From NCBI GenBank assembly GCA_032718475.1, contig JAUCBJ010004540.1, forward strand, positions 1 through 45,686: a stretch of 45,686 nt of DNA. Direction: 5' to 3'. The DNA is from Nemertoderma westbladi (taxonomy: Eukaryota > Animalia > Xenacoelomorpha). The notes under the pieces are model-generated. The model made no database searches and was not told the DNA's origin. It saw only the letters and a program-made list of their open reading frames with translations. How positions within the stretch are numbered: the first letter of the stretch is position 1; each line of letters begins with the position of its first letter. Shown one piece after another: positions 1 to 10,437 of this stretch. The position numbers and the translations under genes were made by a program.

Positions 1-1
1 T

Positions 2-2602
2 CAAAGGCCTACTGAATGCTTTCCTACAGGGTATACAATTCCTAAGAACTTGGTTCAGAGCCCTACGAGGTTTATAAAAATAGTAGCGAGTTCGAATTTC
101 GCTCAGAACTCGTTCTCTACCAGCATGATACAGTTTGCTATGAACATCTACAATTATCTTGATCTGTATGTCAAGATTTCTGATGAGTATGGGGAACTTA
201 GTGTCAAAGGATAACGGGGCGTTGGTTAGCCGACCTCCAACACGTATTAACCCATCTATCATGGTACTAGAGAAGCGATCCCTTAAGCGCATCTGTGGAT
301 TTCTTAACAACAGGAAATACTTATCGGAATCCTCATAACATTGTAGAAGTCTCAGCATCTGTTTGTTGGTTTCATCATGCTCCTGGTAACTGATCTTCTC
401 CTTTAGAAACCTGTTGGATACCTTGTATTGGGGAAGATCTTTAACAACATGGACTCGTGCAGATGTTGATGGAGCATCATCACTATGGGTCTTTGTCCCG
501 GAGTAACGATGATGAAAACATCGTTTTAAATAGGTGACAGCTTTACAGAGCCGATTCCAGGAACTGTAGTGACGTATCGCTCTCTGCAAGAGAGGTGAGA
601 GTCCTTGCGAAATATCTGGTATTCCAGATTTCCAATCCTTGTCACGGATTTCCAAGACTTCTTTAGTCGTGGCGGTGGGTTTCTGATCCAAAGCATCCTC
701 TCCGGAAGTAAATAATACAGATAGATCAACCGCAGGTTTAAACAACTTCGATTTACTCGCTCGAGTTTTGGGTTTAACTTTCTCCGCTCCCTTGGCCTGT
801 CTGATCTCTGCTGTTGTGAGATGGGGAGGCCATTCTTCTTCTTCTCTGTAGAGAAAGTCGGGTCCTCCTAACCATTCGGGAGTATTTACCAATTCCTTTG
901 GAGTCGCTCCTCGGGACGCGATGTCTGCTGGGTTAATCGTTCCGGGGCAATGTCTCCATTGGTCCATCGTCGTGCGACTAAGTATGATGGCTACCCTGTT
1001 GGTAACGAAGACGCTGAACTGACAGACTTCATTGGTTATATACTCTAACACGAGTAAAGCGTCGGTCCAATAGACAGTTTTCTCTAATGTATAGTCAATC
1101 TGTTCGGTTACATTCCGGCCGATGGCTGTAGCGTATAGAGCCGCTTTTAACTCCGCTCGAGGAACTTTCAACTTGTTGTTGATTAATGCCTTAGAAGTAA
1201 CCAAGGCGACTTTGATTCCATCCGGAGTTTCCACTCTTAGGTAGGCTACTATACCGATTCCCATATCGCTGGCGTCTCCAAACACATGGAGTTGATAGGA
1301 ATACGTAGGGAGAACATGACCAAAATATGAACGGGAAATTATAAAATCCTCGATGGCTGGTAGAGAATCTTCCCATTTCATCCACTTCTTCAATAATTCT
1401 CCCTTAAGTGGATCGTCCCATGAGTGGTTTTCAAGCCACATTTGTTGTACCAAACTTCGAGCAATCAATATAACTGGGCTAATAAATCCCAATGGATCGA
1501 AATAAGTGCTCAGTATACTTAAGCAAATCCGTTTGGTTCGAACTGGATTATCTCGCTGTTTTAGTTGGAAAAACAGGATATCTCGCTCTGTGTCCCATTT
1601 CAAGCCGAGTGTCTTGGTTTCTGGCAGATCATCTTTGATCAAATCGAGATCTTTCGCTCCTCGATCTTCCGCAGGGATCGACTCCAGAAACTCACGGGAG
1701 TTGCTGGTGAATTTTGTTAATCGAAAACCACCTCTTTTTAAGCACTCTACCGTTCCTTTAGCGACCTCAATGGCTTCCTCAACTGATGGAAGGGACTTCA
1801 GATTGTCGTCCATGTATATGTCTCTCTTGATGTTGTCGATCACTTCCTTAGAGAAGGCCTCTCTGTTGTCCTCTGCAGTAGTACGCACTACCGAACAGGC
1901 GTTGGAAGGGCTTGAGATTATCCCAAAGGCCTGGATGGTCATCCAGTACTCCACCGGTTTCTGGTTGAGGTCTCCTTCGGGCCACCACAGAAATCGTAGA
2001 CTATCTCGATCCCTATCTAACACCTTGACTTGTAAGAACATGCCTTCTATATCGGAGGCGAAAGCAATAGAATATTGTCTCAATCTTAAAAGAATTCCCA
2101 ACAAAGATTGAAGCAAGTTGGGTCCGGGTAACAATTCAGAGTTAAGGGATTGACCCATGTAAAGAGCGGAGCCATCAAACACTACTCTCACTTCGTGTGG
2201 TTTACCGGGTTTAGGAACGTAATGGTGAGTTAAGTAATACGTTCTTTCAGTCACAGGTGTTTCTTCCGGTACCCTCTCCGCGTATCCCTTATTAATAAAT
2301 TTTTCCAGCTGTGTTTGATACATTGCTTTAGCTGAAGAATTAGCCGTAAGGCGTCGATGGAGTTGCGCGATTCTTTTTTCCGCCAAAGGTCTGTTATTGA
2401 TGAACTTCGGTTCTCTCTTGCGAAAAGGTAAACCGACTTCGTACCTTCCTTGATCTTCGAGGAAACGTGTAGTTGTCTCTTGGATCTGCTTGGCCCTTTC
2501 CTCTTCCACCGACAAGGCTTTATCGTAGGAATTGGGCTCTACCGCCTCTTGCGTAAAGAATCGTACGGCATGTTCATCCCGAGTCTTGGCATTGCATGAC
2601 GC
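2..2602 (-). CDS. pol: BEL/Pao pol (RT, RNase H, start of integrase); open frame running off the window start, absent from the ORF track
   Basis: Manual minus-strand translation is stop-free for 867 codons: GRYEVGLPF, RVVFDGS, SDIEGMFLQV, RFLWW, YMDD, KTLGLKW, FDPLG, LHVFGDAS, VPRAEL, YWTD, WRHCPGTINPADIASRG, GLIRVGGRL, and integrase H-x4-H...CIPC zinc finger. Confidence 0.93.
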
Positions 2603-5600
2603 TCAATGACGTCATTTAACTCGTCGTTATAAGCTTCTCGTTCAGATGGATAGAGAAGTTGACATAAGTTCACTTGGTTTTGCCAAGCCTCGTTTTCCTT
2701 AAGGAGATCGATGGTATTCTCCTCATCAAAAAGCTGGTGAACGTCGTCATTATCTGAGGAGTATGGAATTCCCTCAGTTGAGTTGTCTCCCTCACTGGTA
2801 TCATCTTCCCATTCACTCACCTGGCATACGCTCTCTTGCGGTAGTCTTTCTCTGAGTGTTCTACGGGAAGGGCCAGTAAAGTACCAACCTACTCTAGTTC
2901 TTACCGCATAGGTCTGTAGTGGCTGCGGTTGAGCAGGCCGTTTCTCTAATGTCTCCAGCGCCTCATGCGCGTTTTGGCCGATGAGTATTTGCACTCCAGG
3001 ATAATCAGTCTGGAATCGAGGTATGTTAAGATGTTGGATGCTCTCATCCTCGTCCCAATTATAAAGGTCTGCTTGAGTAGTAGCGAAGTTCTTTATAGCC
3101 ACCATTTTCACTGACCTTATGCTGTGTTCTCCTAGTTCGTCCTGGGGGGTGGACAACGCTCCTACATAATAATCAGCTGTTATTGTAGATTTCCAAACTT
3201 GCATAATGCCTGACATGTTGAGCTTAGTTTGGAACTTGGGTTGTCCAGCAAATATATCTTCGGCTAGCTCTTTGTCGATGAATGTTCCTGTACTACCGGA
3301 GTCAAGGAGGGCGTTCACTACATAACTCCTCTCAGGTCCGTGAACCCTTACTTGCACCACAGGAAACTCTCGGATCCCTACATTGGAAGATGGCTCTTTC
3401 CAAGATGGTTGTCGCTCAGAAGTAGTTAGAGTAAAGTCGTTGTCTGTATCTTTTTCATATGTGAGTGCTCGATACACTGCGGTATTTATCATGTAACAGG
3501 ATTCGTTTTCGTCGGAGAACTCGTCTGTATAGAATCCTTCCATCTCAGATTGATCAGTGTCGTTCACATCACTGAATTGGACATGTAACTCGGAATCACT
3601 CACCTGATTCGGACTATTTCGATCGAATTCAGCGTGCAACAAGATATGATGTTTCGCACCACACTTTGCACACCTTATGTCAGAGAAACAGGTTCGCCGT
3701 TGGTGTCCTTGTCTGAGGCAATTATAACATAACCGCTTATCCCACATGACTTCGCGTCTCTCTGTTAATGATTTCTTTAGAAATTCATCACACCTATTCA
3801 AATGGTGGGTCCCGTCGCACAGCGCACATTTCGGTTTGATGTTACTTACCTTATTTTGAGTCACATTGTGTACACTTGCCTTTTCTTCGGGTTTTCTCAC
3901 CTGAATTCTCTTGGGAGACGTGGGAGGAGTTTTTCTTACCTGTTCCCTCCTGTCATTTGTTCGAGACTTGAATTTACTTACCTGATCTTTAGGCATTTTA
4001 TTCACGTAATAAGATCTATCCGTGTCCTTCCCGCTATCTTCTCCTTGAGAAGTCTGGCTTTCGCCGTCGTCTGTATAACATACTGGTGTTACCTTTCTCC
4101 TAGAGACGGGTTTTTCACTTACCTTGTTTTCCGGTGTCTTCTCCCTAGACAGTTTCAGGAGCTGTAATTTCACTTCTCCATCTAGGAATGACATGAGATC
4201 AGCCATGGTAGGGTCTCGTCGTTGTTGTTCCATCATATATAACACTTTCTTATCCCAGCGTGTACCTACTCCACCTTTCGGTAAAGTAGAAGCCACTGCT
4301 CTAATAACCATAGTGTTCTGATACTCATGAGACTTACCTAGCCAATCTAATTGTCTGCAGATCTCCTGGATCTCATCGGAAAACTCGATAATTCCACTAC
4401 TAATAAACTTTCGGGGCGCTACTAACTTTGCATATAAGTACCCAGCGATATTATTCCTATTACCATACCTGATGTTTAGTGTATCCCAAACTTGTCTTAA
4501 TCCGTCTGGATGTCCAATAAACTTTAACGCCATTAACTTGGGAGATCCTTCCAAGCACTCGATGAGGTATCTAAGTTTTTCTCCATTAGATAGTACAGAG
4601 TTCTGTATGTTATCTTTGTAATATTCATTAAAAGGTAACCATTTCATCTCATCTCCATTGAACTTGACGATCTCTCCCACCTTTACCGCTTGCCGGGCTT
4701 CGGTTCTAGCCATTTGACGCGTAAAACTTTCTTGGGCCATCGTGTTATTTAATATCGAATTATCGGTATATAAATTTCTCGGATTATGATCAGTTCTATA
4801 GGGAATGTCATTATCAACAGGTCTATAATTACCCTTAATAGGGTTCACTATAGGAGTTTCTACTTCGCTAGCAGTATATATGCGTGTAGGCTCCACACCT
4901 TGCGCATGAGATACTTCAGACCTAACAGGTTGACACATTGTTACAGAGGGTGGTGGTATACCTCTTTGAGTATTTACTAATTTATCGCGCTCTAGCGCGA
5001 TACTTTGCTGCACTTCTTGCAACTCTAGCCTACTTTCCCTTACTGTGCCCTTGAACTGCTGGACAGTCTCCTGCATCTGTCCGAGCAGGATATCCATCCC
5101 CCGCCGTCCCTCGTCCACCCATTCGACCGCCGAAGCGGGAGTCGCCAACGTTGTAGCGGGCGGACGATGGACAACGGGCGACAAATTATGAATATTTCGC
5201 TCGGGGTCCAGGACCTGAACTGTCTCTGGGGGAGTTCTACGGGGCACAGGTAGCTTAGTGCTATGCAGAGGGAATTTAGAGATAACTTCAGGGAGCACAG
5301 GTGTGTCTATCACCGAAGGGGTGATTTCAAGAACAGGCCTAATTATTTCAGGCTCATCTACTATAGTAGGGAGTCTTTCTATTTTAATTATTTGGTCTGT
5401 GGGCTCTGTACTACCTAAGTTGGTGTTATTTAGTTGCCTTCTAACAGCTGGAGGCAAATCAGGCAATTTCTGACGGTGGAATGTTCTTTTATGTCTACTT
5501 AGACGAGATCTATTTCCTTTGCCTTCAGTATCGGTGGTATCGCCTTCCTCAGATGATGTATATCCCTGTCTTTTGGGAGTAGATCGATTCATCATCTGCA

Positions 5601-7053
5601 TATTACTAGCTGTTAACTGTTTATTTATGCAGTCTTGATTCTCCTGAATGTTTTCCAATTCTAATTGAGTGGTTTCTTCAGTCGCTCTCCATTCGGCTTC
5701 TGCCACTGCCTCCGCCGCTTTTGCCTCTGCCGCTGCCTCTGCTGCTGCCACTTTTCTTTCTGCTTCTGCAGCTGCCACTGCCGCTGCTACTGTCGCTTTT
5801 GCCTCTGCCGCTGCCTCTGCTGCTGCCGCTTTTCTTTCTGCTTCTGCAGCTGCCACTGCTGCTGCTACTGCCGCTGCCTTTCGGTCTTCTATACGTTTTT
5901 TCTTTACTTGTTCTTCTTGGACTCGTGTCAGGCGGAGTTGTTCATCAAATTTAGCCTGATTCGCAGCCCTCATTTCCACATCGATGGCATCCAACACAAG
6001 CTTGGTTCCTTCGCTATTAGGGCTAAGTCCATCTAACCTTCTTCTCAATTCGTCATCACCTAAAAAACGTTGATAGTCCGACAGATAGATGTCAATGGCA
6101 TCTCTCTTATGCGGCTTCTCTGCCGTCGCTTCACTTTCCACTTGGGAAAAAGTAGCGTCTGTTGATTCTCCATGGGTTGATCGCTCCTCCAGCTGAGCTT
6201 TCCACTGAGCTGTTCCTTGAACCTGGAGACTCACCCGTTGAAACCAAGTCTTTACGGCAACTTGCAACGACGTGTCTTGTTTTCGTTTAGAAGCCTCCTC
6301 AAAGGCTGATAAGATTAGCCTGATTCGTAGAATTCTTTCTCTAACTTGATAAAGCAGCAATCCCTGCTCTTGAGGTCCTTGAGGTTGTTGAAACAGTTGT
6401 TCTTTTAATCGCTCTATAGAGCTGAAGAATCCCTGTGCGTATCCAGCTGCGGACCTCTTCCACACAGCTGGATCGATGGTTTCCTTGGCTACTCCCATCC
6501 GGTGTATGTCTTCCCAGGCAGCTTCTGATAAATCAAACGGGAGTCCGGGTCCGGGGAAGTTCCATTGCGACTCGACCATGGACTTCAGTTCTTCTCTTGT
6601 GTATCCAGCATAACTATCTCTAGTTGAACGCTGGCTTCTCGCCCAATCGATCTGGTGTTCTTCCACAGCGATCAATAACCTAGTGAGTACGGCTGCAGGA
6701 AGGATGAGAAGGGGATCCGAATAAACCACATCCGTCATCCTTGCTCCGCGCTCGGGTGTCAGCTCTACAGTATCCTCACTACTGGAGCTGTTGGGCCGTT
6801 GAGAAGTAAGTTCTTGTATCGCGGGTTGTTGCTGTTCCGCTGCTTCTTGGTCCCGTTTGACCTGAGCTCGAGTGCCTATGATAGACCTACGATGTTGGAC
6901 CAGCCTAGGTTCTTTTATTACTACTGGAGGGATGACTTTCCTCACAGTGGGAGGTGAACTGAACCTACGACCAGACGGTTCTACGTCTCTATCTGAGTCG
7001 CAGATAGTTACATCTAATAAACTGTCTGACAGGTTCTGCTTAGAATCAGACAT
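2539..7053 (-). CDS. gag: BEL/Pao gag + aspartic protease, 1504 aa, with a very long N-terminal extension
   Basis: Capsid-like block from IVKFNGDEMKWLPF through LIECLEG and LNIRYG; BEL triple knuckle CALCDGTHHLNRC / CYNCLRQGHQRRTC / CAKCGAKHHILLH; protease ALLDSGS, ILIG, AVRTRVGW. Confidence 0.93.
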   Translation of the reverse strand: MSDSKQNLSDSLLDVTICDSDRDVEPSGRRFSSPPTVRKVIPPVVIKEPRLVQHRRSIIGTRAQVKRDQEAAEQQQPAIQELTSQRPNSSSSEDTVELTPERGARMTDVVYSDPLLILPAAVLTRLLIAVEEHQIDWARSQRSTRDSYAGYTREELKSMVESQWNFPGPGLPFDLSEAAWEDIHRMGVAKETIDPAVWKRSAAGYAQGFFSSIERLKEQLFQQPQGPQEQGLLLYQVRERILRIRLILSAFEEASKRKQDTSLQVAVKTWFQRVSLQVQGTAQWKAQLEERSTHGESTDATFSQVESEATAEKPHKRDAIDIYLSDYQRFLGDDELRRRLDGLSPNSEGTKLVLDAIDVEMRAANQAKFDEQLRLTRVQEEQVKKKRIEDRKAAAVAAAVAAAEAERKAAAAEAAAEAKATVAAAVAAAEAERKVAAAEAAAEAKAAEAVAEAEWRATEETTQLELENIQENQDCINKQLTASNMQMMNRSTPKRQGYTSSEEGDTTDTEGKGNRSRLSRHKRTFHRQKLPDLPPAVRRQLNNTNLGSTEPTDQIIKIERLPTIVDEPEIIRPVLEITPSVIDTPVLPEVISKFPLHSTKLPVPRRTPPETVQVLDPERNIHNLSPVVHRPPATTLATPASAVEWVDEGRRGMDILLGQMQETVQQFKGTVRESRLELQEVQQSIALERDKLVNTQRGIPPPSVTMCQPVRSEVSHAQGVEPTRIYTASEVETPIVNPIKGNYRPVDNDIPYRTDHNPRNLYTDNSILNNTMAQESFTRQMARTEARQAVKVGEIVKFNGDEMKWLPFNEYYKDNIQNSVLSNGEKLRYLIECLEGSPKLMALKFIGHPDGLRQVWDTLNIRYGNRNNIAGYLYAKLVAPRKFISSGIIEFSDEIQEICRQLDWLGKSHEYQNTMVIRAVASTLPKGGVGTRWDKKVLYMMEQQRRDPTMADLMSFLDGEVKLQLLKLSREKTPENKVSEKPVSRRKVTPVCYTDDGESQTSQGEDSGKDTDRSYYVNKMPKDQVSKFKSRTNDRREQVRKTPPTSPKRIQVRKPEEKASVHNVTQNKVSNIKPKCALCDGTHHLNRCDEFLKKSLTERREVMWDKRLCYNCLRQGHQRRTCFSDIRCAKCGAKHHILLHAEFDRNSPNQVSDSELHVQFSDVNDTDQSEMEGFYTDEFSDENESCYMINTAVYRALTYEKDTDNDFTLTTSERQPSWKEPSSNVGIREFPVVQVRVHGPERSYVVNALLDSGSTGTFIDKELAEDIFAGQPKFQTKLNMSGIMQVWKSTITADYYVGALSTPQDELGEHSIRSVKMVAIKNFATTQADLYNWDEDESIQHLNIPRFQTDYPGVQILIGQNAHEALETLEKRPAQPQPLQTYAVRTRVGWYFTGPSRRTLRERLPQESVCQVSEWEDDTSEGDNSTEGIPYSSDNDDVHQLFDEENTIDLLKENEAWQNQVNLCQLLYPSEREAYNDELNDVIERHAMPRLGMNMPYDSLRKRR

Positions 7054-7874
7054 GTCTATGTATACCGTTGAATGTCTACTGCTGTATTACAGTCTGAGCA
7101 AGTCTAGTAACTCAGTATGAACTGCTAGCCTAGTAATTAATTACCGATACTGCTACTCAGTGTAGCGTGATATATATATAATATATTAGAATACCGGTAT
7201 ACTTATGGTATATATAACTATATAAGTATTATTACAGACTAGGTTTATCACAGAATACCGGTATAATTTTAGCACCAATATATATAAATATATAATAGGC
7301 CTATCGGAATAGCGGTATACAGCTTACAGTTTGTAGTATATATAATTCTGGACTAGAATTAATTACAAGCACCGGTATAATTTCAGCCTAAATTTATAGA
7401 AATAAGATAATAGGCCTATCGTAAATACCGGTATATCAATTATTTTAATAATTGAATTTCTGAATTTTAGGGTTACTTGGTTACTTTAACTTACTTTATT
7501 GCCGTTAGTTAAGCAGTAGTCCAACTGATATTGAGACCTAATTGTTATATGGTAGGCCTACTACTTATAAATCGTTAGATTTGATTTATAATATATATAT
7601 ACCCGTTTTAATGGGTTTAGTCAATGTTTGAAATAAATGTTATTATTTCTGGGGAGTAATCACTACACAAAGCGGTGCGCTTTCAGTGAAGTGTTACTTA
7701 TAGGACACTAAAACAAATAATGCTAATTTACCTAAGTTACTTAATACTACAAATTACGTACAATTCGGGTTGAGATTACAATCTCTAAATAAACACAAAA
7801 ATTTACAAAAACACAAAATACGAATTTTTAGGGTAATTTTACAAGAATGAATTGAATAATAAATATTACGCTAC

Positions 7875-8430
7875 GCGTACAAACTACTCAAACAAAATGC
7901 AGACCGAACACTGACAGACTACTATCAAGCCTAAACAAACTACGGTATATGCAGACTCCGAAATAATTAGGTAGTATGCGTTCTAACCCAGTAGTACGAC
8001 TTATTCTTTAGTTGGGGGTTTACCTTACAGCATTCGCTGCCCCTACTTCCTAACCGTTCTTTATCGGACAAGTGATCTACACACGCTGCAATCCGTTCAG
8101 ACCTAGTAACAGCCAGACAACTATCCAGCCTACAAATTATCTAAATAAAATTATACGCTACCCGTACAGACTTACACAAACAAAGTACAGTCTAAACGAT
8201 GGCAGACTACTCTCAAGCCTAAATAAACTACAGGACATGCAGACTCCGAAATGATTAGGGAGTATGCGTTCTAACCCAGTAGTACGACTTATTCTTTAGT
8301 TGGGGGTTTACCTTACAGCATTCGCTGCCCCTACTTCCTAACCGTACTTAATCGGACAGGTGATCTACACACACTGCAATCCGTTCGGACCTAACAGCAA
8401 TCAGACAACAGCTCAGCCTACAAATTGTCT
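7875..8430. repeat. Two ~288 bp tandem repeats in the 5' leader of BEL copy A
   Basis: gcagactccg at 7951 and 8239 (period 288) with long identical cores; homologous pair in copy D. Confidence 0.9.
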
Positions 8431-8607
8431 GCACAATCTGATCAGGCTTACACGTCTTCTGTTCAATACTGGCCTACAAACAAATTAAACTTGACAGAAA
8501 TAAGTAAAATCTCAATAAAAAACCAGGGCGGCCGTTCCCTGATTAAGTATTAAGACCTACCGGTATACAACAATCAAATCGAATAATACTAATGTACTTA
8601 TACGGGA

Positions 8608-8732
8608 AGTACCGGTTGGGACAGTTAGGCCTACGGACCTACAGAAGTACCGGTTCTGGCAGTTGGACCTACGGGCCTACAGCAGTACCGGTTCTTGCAG
8701 TTGGGCCTACTGACCTACAGAAGTACCGGTTC
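8608..8732. repeat. 38 bp tandem repeat (~3.3 units) in the BEL leader
   Basis: agtaccggtt recurs at 8608, 8646, 8684 and 8722. Confidence 0.9.
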
Positions 8733-8786
8733 AAGTTTACCGGTTGACCGGTATTTTCAACTTTATTGCTTACTGCAATAAAGAAG

Positions 8787-8800
8787 CATATATCCTTTAA
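8787..8800 (-). promoter_or_regulatory. Non-tRNA primer-binding site of BEL copy A (self-priming candidate)
   Basis: Sense ttaaaggatatatg directly follows the LTR end ...cgcgaaca and is exactly complementary to LTR positions 9563-9576. Confidence 0.75.
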
Positions 8801-10016
8801 TGTTCGCGCTTTCAGACCTTTGGCAGTTTAACCCGCCAAATTAAGATGTCTTCTAGATATTAAATCGCTTTTTAGTCTATGACAAGTATTTGATTCACTA
8901 CACTAGTCGAAACCAATCTGTGCGCGATCATTCACCCGCTGGATATTCCCGGGAGATTGGGTTCGACGGCTTAATTTTTATTGCTATGTAAGCCTAATGT
9001 ATTATTCGACTGACAGTATTATATAATCTCTGACAATATTATTCACCTTCGGGAATATTAACAGTTCCTTTAGGACGTGGCGCTTTATCTATATAAACAG
9101 AGTTATGACTTAAACTACTCACAACGATATGGCTCAATTATAATTCACATATATGGCGCATTCTTTAGGAATTGCTTCTTTAACAGACTCACTCATACAC
9201 AATGCTGCACAATACTGCACACTAATCTGCCAATCTTCACTGATTTTAGTCACATATAAAAGGAACACAGACTGACTCATGTAGGGTCTATCAAATAACA
9301 TTAGATTCACTTCAAACCACTTTAACATAAGTCACAATCGTTATTGGTAACCTTTCTCTCTTACCTTCGGTATATCAAGAATATTGGGTTTTCGGGGTTA
9401 TTTCTCGTTATTCCAATATAATAATTCATCAACCAATATAATGAATAACCGACAACAAATAGCAGTATACAGTATTGATTGAGCAGGTAATTTTTAGCAG
9501 TTTCAGCAGTTATTAAAAGCCGTGTGTCAGCAGTGATTACGAAATTGCAGTGATTCCATGAATTAAAGGATATATGTCCTTATAATTAAGCCTACTAGTG
9601 TAAGACTAAAAACTGAAAACACGGAGGTGCCAAAAGCCGGTTCTTAGGCTCTGGGCAAAAACATAACACTGAACTACTGAGTTTCTGTATACACCTCCAA
9701 CACAGAGACAACAAACGCTCTGATTGGTCAACCTGAACAACGAGAGAACAAAGAAACAAAGAAACGTCGACGTGGCAATATCAGCTGCTAGCCGTCGTCA
9801 TGGTAGCGACACTGTTTTCAAGAGTATCGAGCTTTTACGTCACGGAATTACGGATTATGTCCTCTAAAGTACAAATACAGAAGAAATAGCTTTTATGTCC
9901 GCTAAAACACCAGTACAGCAAGGACACGGCCTTTTTATGCCTGGTAAACCAACTACAGAGTATTTTACGGGAAAAATAAGGAAAAATAACCGGACAATTC
10001 AGCAAAAGCTTTTACA
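8801..10016 (-). repeat. 5' LTR of BEL copy A (1216 bp, TGT...ACA)
   Basis: Sense starts TGTAAAAGCTT and ends GAAAGCGCGAACA; the same termini delimit 1213 bp in the sibling copy (40782-41994). Confidence 0.8.
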
Positions 10017-10183
10017 CATTGGCCAGCCCACCTGTTCTCCCTATATTTATATTAATTGCACCATTATTAATTTCGCCCTGATTCATTACATTATTACTAA
10101 TGATATTATTTTAATTAAATTCTCCAGGGTTATTTAACATATTATTGTTACCTAAATTATTATTTAAATTATTTTGCTCAGAA

Positions 10184-10270
10184 TTAGGGTTATTATTTAG
10201 ATTATTTTGCACATTTAAATTAGGGTTATTATTTATATTATTTTGCACATTTAAATTAGGGTTATTGTTA
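10184..10270. repeat. 36 bp AT-rich tandem repeat (~2.5 units)
   Basis: ttagggttatt at 10184, 10220 and 10256. Confidence 0.8.
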
Positions 10271-10437
10271 CCGGGTAAAATATTATTTCCTGCAAGAAAG
10301 GTTTGATTAGGGTTGTCTATTACGGTACTATTAATATTACTCCCTCTAGCATATTACTATTATTACCCCCCCCCCCCCCCCCGCCCGTACGGTCACACCT
10401 GTCCTGGGTCTGTCGTCCAGTACCTGTAAGTGGGGTA

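Larger units (their letters stand above)
1..10016 (-). mobile_element. BEL/Pao LTR retrotransposon, copy A (5' LTR, ~1.75 kb leader, gag-protease, RT-RNase H-integrase start); 3' end outside the window
   Basis: Domain order gag(3 Zn knuckles)-PR-RT-RH-IN read from translation; LTR and leader are homologous to the sibling copy at 40782-45686. Confidence 0.95.

Noticed and set aside
1506-2111. 201 aa plus-strand ORF and other antisense ORFs (3802..4167, 5665..6036, 15473..16123, 37390..37824, 45351..45677)
   Set aside because: Shadow ORFs opposite real gag, pol or FGD frames or low-complexity repeats; no motifs of their own.
7268-7278. Minus-strand tggtgctaaaa near the gag start as a PBS
   Set aside because: The TGG is not conserved in copy D (tttgtgctaaaa) and there is no adjacent LTR end.
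8608-8732. Regularly spaced repeats (also 40476-40695 and 33378-33489) as a CRISPR array
   Set aside because: Whole units repeat with no unique spacers; eukaryotic TE context; no cas genes.
9622-9632. Minus-strand tggcacctccg as a possible tRNA PBS
   Set aside because: Inside the inferred LTR, not preceded by a CA terminus, not conserved in copy D, and not a tRNA 3' end I recognise.
10184-10262. TTAGGG hexamers as a telomeric repeat
   Set aside because: One hexamer per 36 bp unit, not a tandem array.
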